This document shows, piece after piece, positions 11,132 to 23,452 of a DNA stretch of 64,000 nt; the first letter of the stretch is position 1, and every line of letters starts with the position of its first letter. Source of the DNA: Mantamonas sphyraenae STR306 (lineage: Eukaryota; Protista; CRuMs); assembly GCA_026936335.1 (NCBI GenBank), contig JAPMXV010000027.1:62001-126000 (forward strand). The letters are read 5' to 3'. A program made the translations under genes and the position numbers. The notes under the pieces are model-generated. The model did not search any database. It saw only the letters and a list, made by a program, of their open reading frames with translations, and was not told where the DNA came from.

Positions 11132-13763
11132 ATGGAGGAGAGCGATTCGGATTGGTTTGAAACACCTCCTCGTGGGGCTGGTTTGGAACGGCGTGTTCAG
11201 GGCGAGGGAGGTGGCCAAGTGGTGCCCGAGACGCCCGAGGATGAGCTTGCGGGTGGTCGAGTTTGTCCGGTGTGCCATCTGCAGCTGGGAGATCTGGACG
11301 ACGAGGTAGGTCTGCGGGGCTGTAGAGTGTTGTCATTCTTTGTGTGTTTGTGCGAGTGGGGAGAGAGAAGGGAGTGTGGCTGACGCGGTGGGGTGACGCG
11401 TGAAGAGTGCGAACGAGCACGTCAACTCGTGCCTCGACACCAAGGAGGAAGAAGTGTCGTGGTCGGCGGCAAAGAGACTCAACTCGATCGAGAACGGACT
11501 GACAGAGGTGGATGAAGAGAACATGCGGCGGAATCTGGCACGAGAGCGTTGCGAATTGTGTGGCTTGGAGGTGGGCCTGCTGCGAGTTTCGGCGCGAAAG
11601 GCGCATCTGCTGAAGTGCTGCGAGAAGCTGGAGAGCCAGTTTCGGGTTTTGCGGGCAAAGAATGCGGGACAAAACGACATGATGGGCAAGGATTATACGT
11701 GTCCCGTGTGCCACGAGCAACTGGGGCGAGGGGTTGACGTGCGCGCGCGGCACATCAGGAACTGTGCGCGGGAACACAACATACAGCCGAGCGAGCTCGA
11801 TCCACGGAACGAAAGCTCGCGAATGAGTGCACGGCATGTAGAAGTACTGCGGAAGCGTGTTGTGGAGGACTCGAAAAGGATAGCAGACGAGGAGGACGGA
11901 GGTTTGAGCGTTGCCGAAGCGCTCGCGCTGGATCTCTCGCGCTCGTCGGGCGGTTCAAGCACGCAAGGGACCACAGACTGGAGCCAGCAAAGCAGGGAAG
12001 GACAGGCGACGACGAAAAGTGCAGTATTGTCGCACACACCGACCGTGGACGAGATGGTGAGCAGCGTGCTGGGCATGGACGAGCAGGAAGGGGAGGATGA
12101 AGGAGCAGAAGAGGAGGCAGAAGAGACCTCAGAGACAGCACAAAGGAAACCATCGCTTCCGCGATCGCGGTTTGCAACGCGTGCAAGCGCAGGAGGAGGT
12201 GCGTTGTGGCGGCTGTCGAAGGGGTCGTACAACCGCACCGATAGCTCTGCCTATGTGAGCAATCTGTTGCCGGAAGACGAACGTCCTGTTGCAAGCCAGG
12301 GTGAGGAGGAGGAGGCTGAGGGTAAGGAGGAGGAGGAGGATGAGGAGGAGGAGGAGGATGCAGGTGTGCTGACGGCATTCCTGGAGCTTGTGGACAAGGA
12401 GGAAGGAGCGGATGAAAACACAGAAGACGACAGCGTGGAGAACGTGCGTGCATGGTTCCGTAGCGAAAGCAACCGCTTGCGGGAGGAGATGGAGCAAAAA
12501 CTGGAAGCATTGGCGAGGGAAATGGACGAAAGGCTGGAACGCGTCTCTGCACGACATGCGCGACGTGCATCGAGCCCACCGATGTCAGGAAGGAGGTTGG
12601 GAAACCTAGAGAGTGTGCTGATGGAACAGGACGAGGAAGACGAGGTTGTGCTGATTGGCACGAGTACAACCAACAGAGCAAGCGAGGCGGGCTCTCAGGA
12701 AAGCGACGGGAGCAGCGACAGCAATGACTCGGTGCTGCGAGAAATGGCCAAGTTGGTTACGCGTTCACAGCCTGTGGAGCCTGTGAGTGGGAGGAAGGGG
12801 CGCAAAACGCCACAGAGCGCACAGAGACTAAGCAGACTGGCAGACGTAGGAGAAGGTGGAGGCGAACAAGGGACAATCCAGGGTACGACAGTTATCAAGG
12901 TGCCACGGAACAAGAAGCGAGGAGGCGCAAGGAAGAAGAAGCAGCAGCAGCCTGTGGGCCAAGCGACACCGGAGCGACAGGTGGTGAATGTGGCGTCTCG
13001 GTACGTGACGGGAGGAAGCGGGGCGCGCACTGATGAGAGCACAGTTTCGTTTGATATCCCGACACTGAGCGAAGTGCGTGCATTGCACAAGATCGAACGA
13101 AGCCCCGAGGCGAACTGGGCGATCGAGCTTTTGCGCAAGGACACACGTGGAGAGTACATGCAGTGGGACGAGGAGCAGCAACGGCGAGTGGTGCACTGTC
13201 TAGCGCAGAACGCAACGAGCAGGGAAACAGCTGTGGAGCAGTTGACGCGGACGTGGAAGATGTTGCACGGTGCTCGGGCGCCACGCACGCCAACTGATGC
13301 GCAAGGGACGAGCAAGCGATTGCAGATGGACGGACAAGACAACGCAGAGAATGCAGAGGAGAACATGACGTCATTTCAGGAGATGCCTGCAGCAAAGCGG
13401 TCACGTGTACTGACACACACCGCAGCGACACGCACATCTTCAACAGCGAGAAACCCGGGGATGGGGCGGAGGAGAGGCGCAGGGAGCAGCAGCAACAGTA
13501 GCAACAGTAGCAACAGTAGCAACAGTACCAGTGGGTCAGTAACGCAGGCTGTTGCAGAAGCCATCCGGGCACACACAAGCCTGTATGTGCGCGTGCTTGC
13601 CTTTGAGGAGGTGACGCTGCAGGAGGTGGAGGAGGCTGTGAAGGAGTGTGGAGTGCGTGTGGGCCAAGCAGAGCTGGTCGGATACCTGGAGAACCAGGGT
13701 GTGACATTCCAGGATCTGCGCAAGATGGAAAAGCGGAACGGGCCGTGGCGGCCGCCTCGCTGA
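11132..13763 (+). CDS. SLX4: SLX4-like structure-specific endonuclease scaffold; 2 exons (11132-11305, 11406-13763)
   Basis: Splicing (GTAGGT...GCTGAC...AAG) rebuilds the UBZ finger CPVC..LGDLDDE/SANEHVNSCLD. Two more CxxC..HxxxC fingers follow, then MLR-like ALALDLSRS, a divergent SAP-like segment and the C-terminal Slx1-binding domain AIRAHTSLYVRVLAFEEVTL...LVGYLENQGVTF. Confidence 0.75.
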
Positions 13764-13776
13764 GGCGACCAGGGAA

Positions 13777-16700
13777 ATGTTTGGCCAAAGTCGGCGGGGA
13801 AGGGCACTTGTGGGCAAATGTATAGGTTCTTTGCTCATGCGACGCAGTGTTGTCGAGGGTGAGCGGCGGATGGGCTCGGTGGGTGTCACTGTGCCGCAGC
13901 TGTTCAACGTGGAGTCGCGAGCAGCGTCGACAGAGCTGCTGGGCAGCAGAGGGGCGAGTTTGCACGCACGCATTGGCGAAGGTAGCACGCGGAGAGGAGG
14001 CGCAGGTCCGCTGGTGGTGCGAGAAGGAGGAAGAACAAGCAGCAAGGCGGGGGTGGTACGTCGCATTCAGACGAAAACACACGGCGGTCGAAAGAGCCTG
14101 GTGGAAACGGCCGAGTCGGGCCGTGTGACACTGCAATTTGACGGATGGTTTGGGAAGCGAGAGAGCGCAGAAAACGTGCGGACACAGCGTGTGCTGATGG
14201 AGTACATGGATGAAGGGAGCGGGACGCGCAAGTTGGGGGTTGTTCTGGGGCCGGTGACACGCGCCAAGTGGCGGTTGGTGAGCAGCGACGGGGAGTTGGT
14301 GGACGTGGGACGTCAGAGTATGACGTTTCAGTGGCCAGAAAGCCCCGAGTGGTTGGAGGGGATGGCTGCAGCTGCTCGCGAGGACGCCGAGGTGGATCTA
14401 AGCGAGCAAGCGGGCCAGCTGCAAGCCATGGAGACGAGCCTGCGTACGTGGTGTGAATCAAACAGCTCACGCAAGACAGTGGACGCTGTGTGGGAGCTGC
14501 TGCGTGCTCACCAGCGCGACGTGTTATCCGAGAGCGGCATGCATAGCCAGGCCGGCACAAGCACAGGCACAGTGAGTGCCATGGATCTGTTGACAGCCCT
14601 TTCGCAAGCGAACCAGAAGCCACTGCTGTTTCCAGAGGATGTGGAGGCGTGTGCACTACCGTATGCAGCGTTTTTGTTCCTGAGCGCAAACGCAAGTCAC
14701 TTCAAAGCGTCGATGTCGCTTCAGGGAGAGCACCAGGCTCGTTTCCACCTGCGTTCTCCTCGTGCTGTGCAGTTGGAGACGGCGCGTCGACAGAGGCTGC
14801 AGATGCAGGGCGAAGCGCAGGCGCAAAGGTTACTGCGTTTCGAGCGTCGCATCCGGGACGTGGACTACCGCAGCCGCAACCGGCTTGTGTGCAACCGTAC
14901 ATACCGTGGATCGTTGGATGTGCTGTCGTTGGCCAAGGACGCTGGCCTGGAGGGGGACGAAGAGGAGGCGGTGTTGGAAGACGAACGGCTGGCGTGGGAC
15001 AGCAAAGAGGATGCAAGTGTACTGCTTGCACTGCGACAGTATGCGCTGCAGCACGAAATGTCCAACAGTGTGGATGTGGTGGACGCGGGCACGTCGCGGC
15101 AGGTCCTGTCTGCGCTTGGAAGGCAGACACGACCGATTGACGCGGTGGTGCTGCTCATTCAGCTGGGCGTGTGGACAGAAGATGTGAACTTGAGCCGATT
15201 GCGTAGCACGGTGCCATTGGCAATGCCCAAGTGGGCGACCGAAGCCCAGCCGCACGGAGTGGATGTGGACGTGGAGTTGGGACTGCGCACGGAAGTGAAC
15301 GTGCCCCTGTTTGCCATTGACGACGCGTCGACAAAGGAGGTGGACGATGCGATTGGGTACGAGCGCACAGACGACGGGCGCGAGCTCGTGCACATTGTGA
15401 TTGCCGACGCGACGCGGTTCATTAACGCTGGTGACCGATTGGACGAGTTGGCACGTTCGCGGGTGGCCACCGCCTACCTGCCCGAAGGAAGCTTCACAAT
15501 GCTGCCAACGTGGCTGTCTCACCAGGCCATGTCTCTCAAGAGCCGTGGACGCGATGGAGGCGAGGAGCCGACGTGTGGGCTTGCCTTTACAGCCGAGCTG
15601 CGATCGCAGCCGCTGCATTCTGTGCGTTCGTTCTACTCGCTGGTGCAGCGCTTTGATGTGCGTCCCGTGCATCTCAGCAACGTAGTGCAGTGTACATACG
15701 GTCAGGTGGACCGCGTGCTGCGTGGCCAGGAGAGTGAGATGCCAGCGGAGCACCAGCAGGCCCTGCGCAACCTTCACCGAGTGGCGCAGGCTCGCTTCAA
15801 GGGTCGGGCAGACAATGGGGCAGTCAACATTGACTTTCCGGAAACCAATGTGCGGCTGTTCCGACCTCGGGCCGGTAGCGACTCGCGCGTGATGGTCATC
15901 GACGCCGAGCTGCCGCTGTATTCGTACAAACAGCGACCCAGCCAGCAGCTGGTATCTGAAATGATGATTATGACGGGTGAGATGACAGCCAGCTTTGCCA
16001 AGGAGCACGACATTCCCGTGCCGTTTCGGTCGCAGGCGTTGCCTGATGTGAGCGGAAGCGAGCAGAGTGACCTTTATGACGCAGGGTGTGCCCAATCTGA
16101 CTGGGCGGTGCAGCTCACGTTGGCGTACAATCGCCTGCGAACGATGCAAGCCGCGCGCACGGGGGTGGTTCCGCAACCGCATGCTGGGTTGGGCATCGAC
16201 ATGTACTCGCAATCGACATCTCCTATCCGCAGATACAAGGACCTGTTGGTACACCATCAGTTCAAGGCATTCCTGCGCAGCGGTGGCTCGCTTGCGCGCC
16301 TGCCCTTCAGCAGCAGCGATATCGAGCGGATGCTGCCATACATCGAGGAGCGCAACCAGGAGATCACTGAGCTTCAACGGGCCTCGGAGCGCTTCTGGCT
16401 CATGAGTTATCTCCAACGACATGGCTATGGCAAACGCTTCCCGGCGGTCGTACTGGATCCCTTTGAGCCCAACGACGAGCTGGAACCGATGTTTGACGGC
16501 ATCGACGGTCCTGTGGCCCTCGGACAAATGCCTCAGCGGCAGTTTGGCACCGTGTTGCTGCCCACACTTGGGTTGCGCACGACTGTTGGCCTCTCGCGTG
16601 AGCAGCCCCTGATGCGCGGTGAAGAGCTCAGTCTGTGCGTCGACGGGGTCAACGCCCACCGAGGAAGGTTGTTCTTTCGTGTCGCACCTCCACCCCGGCG

Positions 16701-16806
16701 CGGACGCGGGCGCGGAGGAGGAGGAGGAGGAGGCAAGGGAGGTGGAAGAAGAAGCGCAGGAAAACGGGGCGGTGATTCGGGAGGCAAGCGGGGTGGAGAG
16801 CACTGA
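13777..16806 (+). CDS. RNase II/RNB-family 3'-5' exoribonuclease, probably mitochondrial (Dss1-like), with Arg/Gly-rich tail
   Basis: Catalytic AIDDASTKEVDDAI, TAYLPEG, LVSEMMIM, HAGLGIDMYSQSTSPIRRYKDLLVHHQ. The N-terminus is Arg-rich and acid-poor, like a targeting peptide. Confidence 0.85.
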   Translation: MFGQSRRGRALVGKCIGSLLMRRSVVEGERRMGSVGVTVPQLFNVESRAASTELLGSRGASLHARIGEGSTRRGGAGPLVVREGGRTSSKAGVVRRIQTKTHGGRKSLVETAESGRVTLQFDGWFGKRESAENVRTQRVLMEYMDEGSGTRKLGVVLGPVTRAKWRLVSSDGELVDVGRQSMTFQWPESPEWLEGMAAAAREDAEVDLSEQAGQLQAMETSLRTWCESNSSRKTVDAVWELLRAHQRDVLSESGMHSQAGTSTGTVSAMDLLTALSQANQKPLLFPEDVEACALPYAAFLFLSANASHFKASMSLQGEHQARFHLRSPRAVQLETARRQRLQMQGEAQAQRLLRFERRIRDVDYRSRNRLVCNRTYRGSLDVLSLAKDAGLEGDEEEAVLEDERLAWDSKEDASVLLALRQYALQHEMSNSVDVVDAGTSRQVLSALGRQTRPIDAVVLLIQLGVWTEDVNLSRLRSTVPLAMPKWATEAQPHGVDVDVELGLRTEVNVPLFAIDDASTKEVDDAIGYERTDDGRELVHIVIADATRFINAGDRLDELARSRVATAYLPEGSFTMLPTWLSHQAMSLKSRGRDGGEEPTCGLAFTAELRSQPLHSVRSFYSLVQRFDVRPVHLSNVVQCTYGQVDRVLRGQESEMPAEHQQALRNLHRVAQARFKGRADNGAVNIDFPETNVRLFRPRAGSDSRVMVIDAELPLYSYKQRPSQQLVSEMMIMTGEMTASFAKEHDIPVPFRSQALPDVSGSEQSDLYDAGCAQSDWAVQLTLAYNRLRTMQAARTGVVPQPHAGLGIDMYSQSTSPIRRYKDLLVHHQFKAFLRSGGSLARLPFSSSDIERMLPYIEERNQEITELQRASERFWLMSYLQRHGYGKRFPAVVLDPFEPNDELEPMFDGIDGPVALGQMPQRQFGTVLLPTLGLRTTVGLSREQPLMRGEELSLCVDGVNAHRGRLFFRVAPPPRRGRGRGGGGGGGKGGGRRSAGKRGGDSGGKRGGEH

Positions 16807-16824
16807 ATGCACATGTCATCAGAT

Positions 16825-19800
16825 CTATTCGTTCAGGTACTCTTCCGCCTTCTCCACAACATACTGGACACGTTCGGCGTCGCCGTAGCGCTGCTCAAAC
16901 TTGGCGAATCGCTTGAAGAATGTGCGCATCTTCTTGGAGGAAAGCTTGAGGTGGATGGCGCGGTCATAAAGCCTGCGCACAGCAGCCACATCACCCTGCG
17001 GGTGCTTCTTGCGGAGCAGGTTGAGCTCGGCGTCGATGTACACAAGCCAAAAGTCGTTGCGGCGCGGGTAGTTGCTGACCATCTCCTCAAAGAGGGTGCG
17101 GCCCCGTTCGGGCTCACCGAGCGTAAACTCGAGCTTGGCAAACTTGAGGATGGTCTGCAGGTGTTTGCGACGGGGCAAGCTCTTGAGCGAACGTGCGAGC
17201 GTGTCCCGTGCACCCTGAACGTCATCTTGCTCCAGTTGGTACTTGCCCAGCGCCAGCCACACACGCGAGCTCTCGCGGAACTTTTTGCACATGGTGGCAA
17301 ACGTCTCTTGACCATATCCTGCTTGCCCGAACGCTGCAGGATGTCCACCAGCTGAAAGTACATTTCGCGCTTGTCGTTGTACAGCAATGCCTCTTGGAAC
17401 GTCTGCATCAGCGAGTCGTCGCTGCCGTACGCATTCTCCAGATTGAGCAGGGCCACCCACACGTTGAACTTCTCTCCCGGCTGTCGAATGCTGATCGTCT
17501 GCAATGCGCGCTTGCCAATCTCGCGTGCCTTGTCGATTTCCGCAAGCGTGATGTAGTACGACATGTACTTCATCCACACGTACGAACTGTCCGGATTGCC
17601 CATCACCAGTTTGTCGTAGTCGTCTGCGGTCTCGGGCAGCAGCCTGTCGTCCGCCATGGCCTCCTCCCGCTCCTGGATGGCCATTTCGCGCTCCCTCCTC
17701 TCAGCCTGTCGCTTCTTCTTCGACTTGCGCTTGTCTGCGTCCATGTCCTCCTCGTCATCGATGTCTTCTTCGTCGATTGGATCGCCCTCCTCATCCGAGT
17801 CCTCGTCGTCCGTCTCACCCTCGTCCGAGTCGACGCTGCGTCGTGCCGAAGCTGAAGACCCAGCCCCGCCCAGATGGAAGTTATCCCATTGGAATCCCGC
17901 GCGCTTCTTGGCCTTGGCCACCAGCGCGTCGTCGTCGTCATCGGAAGAGTCGTCCTCGTCCTCGACATCCGAATCGTCACTGCCGTCGTTGTCATTCTCG
18001 CTGTCGTCATCGTCCGAATCGACTGCAATCACGTCGTCGTCGTCGTCATCATCATCATCGTCCTCTGCCTGCCATTTGGCCATCAGTGCGTCGACGTCGA
18101 CGTCGTCATCCTCTTCGTCGTCCTCTTCATCGTCATCGTCATCCTCGCTCTCGCTTTCGCTTTCCTCGTCCTCGTCCTGCTTGCGTGACTTTGCGATGGC
18201 CGAGGCACTGATGTGTTCGTACTCATCGTCGTCATTTTCGTCGTCGCTGTCGCTGTTGTCGTTGTCGGTATCATTCTGGACCTCGCTGGGCTTGAGACTG
18301 AACGCCACACGCTTGTTGTCCACATCCACGTCGACAATCTTGGCTTTCACGAGGTCTCCCGGCTTAAACAGGTCGCTGGGCTTCTCGACATACTCGTCGG
18401 CAAGCTCGCGCACGTGACAGAGCCCAGAGATGTCGCTGTTCTTGATACGAACAAACACACCGTAGTCTGCCAGGGACTTGATGTGGCCCTTGACCACGGT
18501 GCCCTCCATTTCCTTGAGCTCGTCCCAGCCGATGCGCTTGGCCGACGCCTTGGAGGGAGCCACCTTGGAGCGACGCAGAGACAGGTCAATCTTGCCCTCG
18601 TCGGCCTCGTCGACACTGACGACGCGTGCGGTGACACGAAGCCCCACGGGGAACTGCTTGGTTGGGTCACGCACAAACTTGTCCGACAGCTCGGAAATGA
18701 GGGCGCGTGCAGCCAGGCCGGGGCCCAGCGTGATGAAGCAACCCTTTTTGGTGACGGATCGCACAAAGCCGTGCACAAGATCGCCTGCCTGCACATCGGT
18801 TGCATCTGCAATCTCCTCTTGGGCCACACAGGCCGAGGTGGGCTTGGCTGCACCCTTGGGAGCCACGCCCGTGCGAGAGGGACGCAGGGACAGATCGATG
18901 GCGCGGTGCTCTTCGTCGGCGTCAAGGACGTACACGCGCACCAGGTCACCCTTGCTGTACATGGCCAGCGTCTTTGCGCTGGTTGTTTGGTAGTGGTCGC
19001 TGACGTGAGTGACGTGCACGCGGCCCACGTGCCCGCGTGGAAGCTGCACACGAAGCACATCGCCTCGCTTGGCTGGACCCAGCACGCGGCCGGGCAGGAG
19101 GGCGTCCGTGACAACGCAATCAAGCTCTTGGCCATCCATGGCCAAATCCAAGGTGCCCTCGGCCGAGTCTGCGCTGAGCACAACGGCACGCACGGGATCG
19201 CCAGCTACAAAGTGTTCCTGCAGGTTGCGCAGCTGCTTGAGCTTGGTGGACACATCGAGCAGACGCACACGGCCACGCAGGCTGCTTGAAACATGGACCC
19301 AAACGGCATCCTTGGTGACGCGTTGCACGTAGCCATGTACGTCGTCGCCTGTCTGCAGTTCGTTCAGACGAGGCAACATGCGTCCTTCTCCCAGTGCAGA
19401 CGCACGTGCGCTGCACTCCCATCGGCCCTCCTTGTTCTTGGCCATGGCCACCACTTCCATCTCCTCGCCCGTGGAAAGACCGGCCATGGCGTCGTCCTGA
19501 GCCTCGTCATGCAACTCGGTGATGTGCACACGCCCCACAAAGCCCTTGCGCTTCACCATCACATAGTCGTCCTTGATCAAGCTGATGCGTGCCTTGAGCA
19601 CGCTGCCTTGTTCCACACTGCTGCTGGCCGTGGAGCTGCCTGCACTTCCGCTGGCGGAGCCGCTGCCTTCCAGCGACACAATGACCACGTGGCCTCCTTG
19701 CACAGACACACTCTGCTCCAGGCACACAGGATACTCTTCACCCACACGCACATTGTCCGGCAGATACCCCTTGCTGTTCAGCTCTTGCAGTGCTGCGTAC

Positions 19801-22800
19801 ATGACCGCAAACTTGCCTGCCACAGTGCCCGCCACCACCGCGTAGTCCTTCTTCAGCAGCAGCACACGTGCCTCACCCGACCTCTTGCTGGCACTCTTGG
19901 TCAGCAGCTTGCCCGCGGCCTTTTGTGAAAGGCCCTTTGCCTCTTCGGCCTGGCCTACGAGCTCTGTGTCGAGTGCAACGTCCACGCGTGCACGCAGCAC
20001 ATCGACGTCGAGCACACATCCCTGCACGCGCTTTCCCTTCTTGTACGTGTGCATGGAGCCGGCGTTGTGCTTGGCAGCGACGCAGACGACACCGTCGGCG
20101 TCGTCCGCACTCAGTTCCACTTGCTCGTCGCTCACAGCCGTGACACGCAGGGCCACCACTTGGCCCAGGCGCACCGATTGCAGCCAGGCCACGGGTTCCT
20201 CGGCGGCGTGGCTTGCCAGAACCTCGCGTTCCTCGATGAAGCCCTCGAGAAGCTCGACGCGCTCGTGGAGCCCCACGTCCGAAGGACGCAGGCTCAGTTC
20301 CAGCTGTGCATTGGTCTTGTCCACAGCCTGAACGACGGCAGCCACGGATTGGTCGGCACCAAACAGGCTCTGCGGATTGCTGACAAAGCGGTCGGCCAGG
20401 TTGGCCTTGTGGGCCAGGCCGGAAAGGTCGTCCATGAAGCCCACAAAGCAGCCATAGGCGGTGGTGCTGGACACATAGCCACGCAACACCATCTTCTTCT
20501 TGGCCTTGCGCACCGAAGAGGGCAAGTCGCCCGAGCGTGCAGCTGCCAACAGGCTGGGCTTCATCGTGACCGTCAATTGCAGACGTTCCTTGTTTGCACG
20601 CAGCACCAGGACCTCGTCCAAGGTGGAACCGGCCTGTGCGCGCGTCGAATGCGTGTGCCACAGCTCCGCCAGGCTAGCATGGTCCGACAGGTGTCCCCAA
20701 GGCAGCAGGGCCACTGCGCCCGAGTCTGCCGATGTGCCAAGGCGCACCAGGAGGCCCTTGGACGAAGACGACAGCACGTGGGCAGAGACAACGTCGCCCG
20801 GGGAGACCAGAGCAAACGTCTCGGACGTGTTGGTGACCTTGACAACGGGTCCTTTGGAGGAGGAAGGCGCACGTGAATCCGTGTCCATCATGTCCTGCTC
20901 GCTGGTAAGCATGCTGAGACGCAGGCGTTCGCGGGACGGGTCGCACGAGAGCACACGCACGAGGACAGGCTGGGCAAAGCTGTAGAGGTCGTGTGGGTCT
21001 GTGTCATCGTCGGCGGTACGTGCCATGTGGCGCAGCGACACTGTGCCGTACACGTTGTTGTAAAAGGTGACGGCGACGGAACGGTCACGGATGTTTGTGA
21101 CGACGCCGTGTGCCAGTTGGTTGTGCTGCAGACCCTCGTACGAGGTGATGATGCCGTTTTCGGTGTTGAGGAGCGTGCGCTTGCGCGTCAACGTGATGCG
21201 CTTCTTGTCCACATCCACGTCCCACACGCGAAAGGCCAGAGTTTTGCCCTTTTTGAACTTCTTTGCTGGAGTTTTCACCGGCACGTCGCCCAAGTGGATG
21301 GACGGGCACACGGCACGCAGTTTGTGGCCAAGCGAGAGCACAAGGCCCCACGATTCGACCGACAGCACCGTGGCCTGCACGTCGTCGCCCACATTGACGT
21401 CTTCCACACGAAGGTAGGGTTCGTCCAGAAGCGACTGCTCCAGCGTCACGTTGACCACATTTTCAAAGGTGTTGAGGGACAGCGCGCGTGCGTCCAGCTC
21501 CTGACCCAGCTGGAACTCCTTGCGCAGCGACGACACGCGCTCATCCGACGCACGCGAAATGTGTGCATACAGAGTGACGTCATTGTCATCCTCGTCGTCG
21601 TCGTCGTCCAGCTGCGCTTGCAGCAGGATGCCCACACCTTCGTCGATGCGGCGAACCACCGCCTTGCGGAAGATCTGGCCGAGTTGCACGCGCTCAGCGA
21701 TGCTGGGCGTCTCGTTCATGTCCAACAGGAAAGGCTGCAGGGAGAGACCCACCGATTTGTGTCGCATGTCGACATAGACAATGCGAGCGGTCACCGTGGT
21801 GCCCTTCATCTCCTCCAGAGTCGCCTGTGCGTCCTGCGCCTCCATGGGGATGTGGAACCAGTCGACCGTGCCCGTAAAATGCACGAGAAAGGACAGCTCG
21901 AGGCCGTTGTTGCGCACCTTTGTCACCTTGCCCTTCACAAGCATGCCCGGCTGCAGCGATTCGAGCGCAAGGACGGCGGCCAGGTCGTCGTGCAGCGGCG
22001 TCTCCTCCTGCTCATCTGCGCCGACATCGTTTGTGCCGTTGGAGAGCAGAGTGACGGGCAGAACACGTGTGTTGGCACTGGTCTTGGCCTTGGCTGCCTT
22101 CTTGCCCTTCTGTTTCTTCTTGCCCTTTGCGTTGCCGGTGTCTTCGTCGCCGCCCACACGCACCAGCAGAGGCTGGCCAACGTGCAACTCGTTGTCGCCT
22201 GCAGCCTTGTCCGAAAGGAAGCCCGTGGGCAATGCGGCGTTGCCAAAGTCCACCACATAGCCATGGTCTTCAACGCTCTTGACACAGGCCCAGGCGGAGA
22301 TCCCAGGCGCCAACTGGGTGACATCTGCGTTGATGGCCTCTGGGTTGGTCGACACTTCGATGCGTGTGCCCTTGTCCGTGCGTTCCAGCATGGTGATGCT
22401 CACCACGACGTACTGGTTGATGGCAAAAAGGTCGTCGAGGGACGGGAGGGCATCGTCCTCGTCCTCGTCCTCGTCCCCATTGTCGCTTTCGTTGTCGCTG
22501 GCAATCTCCTTTTCCAAAAGAGCAGACAGCGGTGTGCTGACGTTGGTCACGGGCAGGTAGGCCACCAGATTGCTGGGAAGCGAAAGCTCGACGTCAAAGT
22601 CGTTGATGACACGCACACAGGCCAGCAGGCGCATGCCCTCCTTCAGGCGCTGTGGGATGGGTAGTGGCAGGCGAGGTGTGAGAGGCGAGTGGCATGTGCG
22701 AGTGCAAATCGGGAGGCGGAGATGCTGCCGGGCGGACGCACATTGAAGGTGAGCAGTGGCACCGAGTTTGCCGTGGCTGCGGCCACCGTGGTTGTACGCT

Positions 22801-23375
22801 TGCCCTTGGGCCCCTTTGCGTTGCGAGCCTGTTTCTTGGCCTTGGATGCGCTTCGCGCTGCCTTGCGGCTGCTTGTGGCGACCGCGCCGCCCGCCTCCTT
22901 GGCTGCGGATTCAAAGAGAAAGTCTTCCTTGGCTTGCAGACGAGCCGTGCGCATCTCGAGGGGCGTAAGAACATTGGCGCCGCCTCGAGGAAAGTCTTGC
23001 ACCGTTTCGGCGCGTGCTCGTTTCGTGTCCGGTTGGCTGTGGGAGGTGAATGGGTGGGCGCCCGTGTCAGCTTGTCTGTGTGTGGAAATCCGTCGGGTGC
23101 AAGCGCCATGTGTGCACACTTGCATTGTGCAAGGGCGTCCCCAGTGCGCACCAGCATGCACATGACCAGGGAAAGGTCTCTATGCGGGTGTGGAGGGGAC
23201 ATGTGACCTGCAAGGACGCCACGGATGCTTAGCGTCGCATGCACGGCCAGGTCCGCCGCAGGGACTCGCGCAGAGGAGCACGCTTGGATTGCAGCACATG
23301 GCACAGCGGATGGAAACACTCTGTATGGGCCACATACCTGGATTCCGTAGGTGGGTCGCGCCGTTTGGTGGACAT
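16825..23375 (-). CDS. RRP5: rRNA biogenesis protein RRP5 (tandem S1 domains, acidic linker, HAT repeats); 3 exons (23375-23338, 23036-22742, 22649-16825); apparent 1-nt deletion near 17307
   Basis: N-terminal DFPRGG..LTPLE, many S1 repeats (SVEDHGYVVDFG, GYVSSTTAYGCFVGF), NPDSSYVWMKYM, EKFNVWVALLNLENAYG. The C-terminus FAKLEFTLGEPERGRTLFE lies in a second frame. Introns 23337-23037 and 22741-22650 are canonical and phase-compatible. Confidence 0.92.
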
Positions 23376-23452
23376 GGTGTGCCGGGAAGAGTTTCGCTGC
23401 CGCGGACGTCGCGGCAGCCCGCCCAACCAAATCGCACGGCCACGGGTGACAC
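23376..23452. promoter_or_regulatory. Probable bidirectional promoter region between RRP5 and BMS1 (77 nt between start codons)
   Basis: Divergent ATGs at 23375 (-) and 23453 (+). Inferred from geometry only. Confidence 0.5.

Noticed and set aside
23037-23337. Intronic snoRNA in the 301-nt RRP5 intron 1
   Set aside because: No C box (RTGATGA) with a matching D box and no convincing H/ACA layout by eye. An Infernal or snoscan run would be needed to exclude it.
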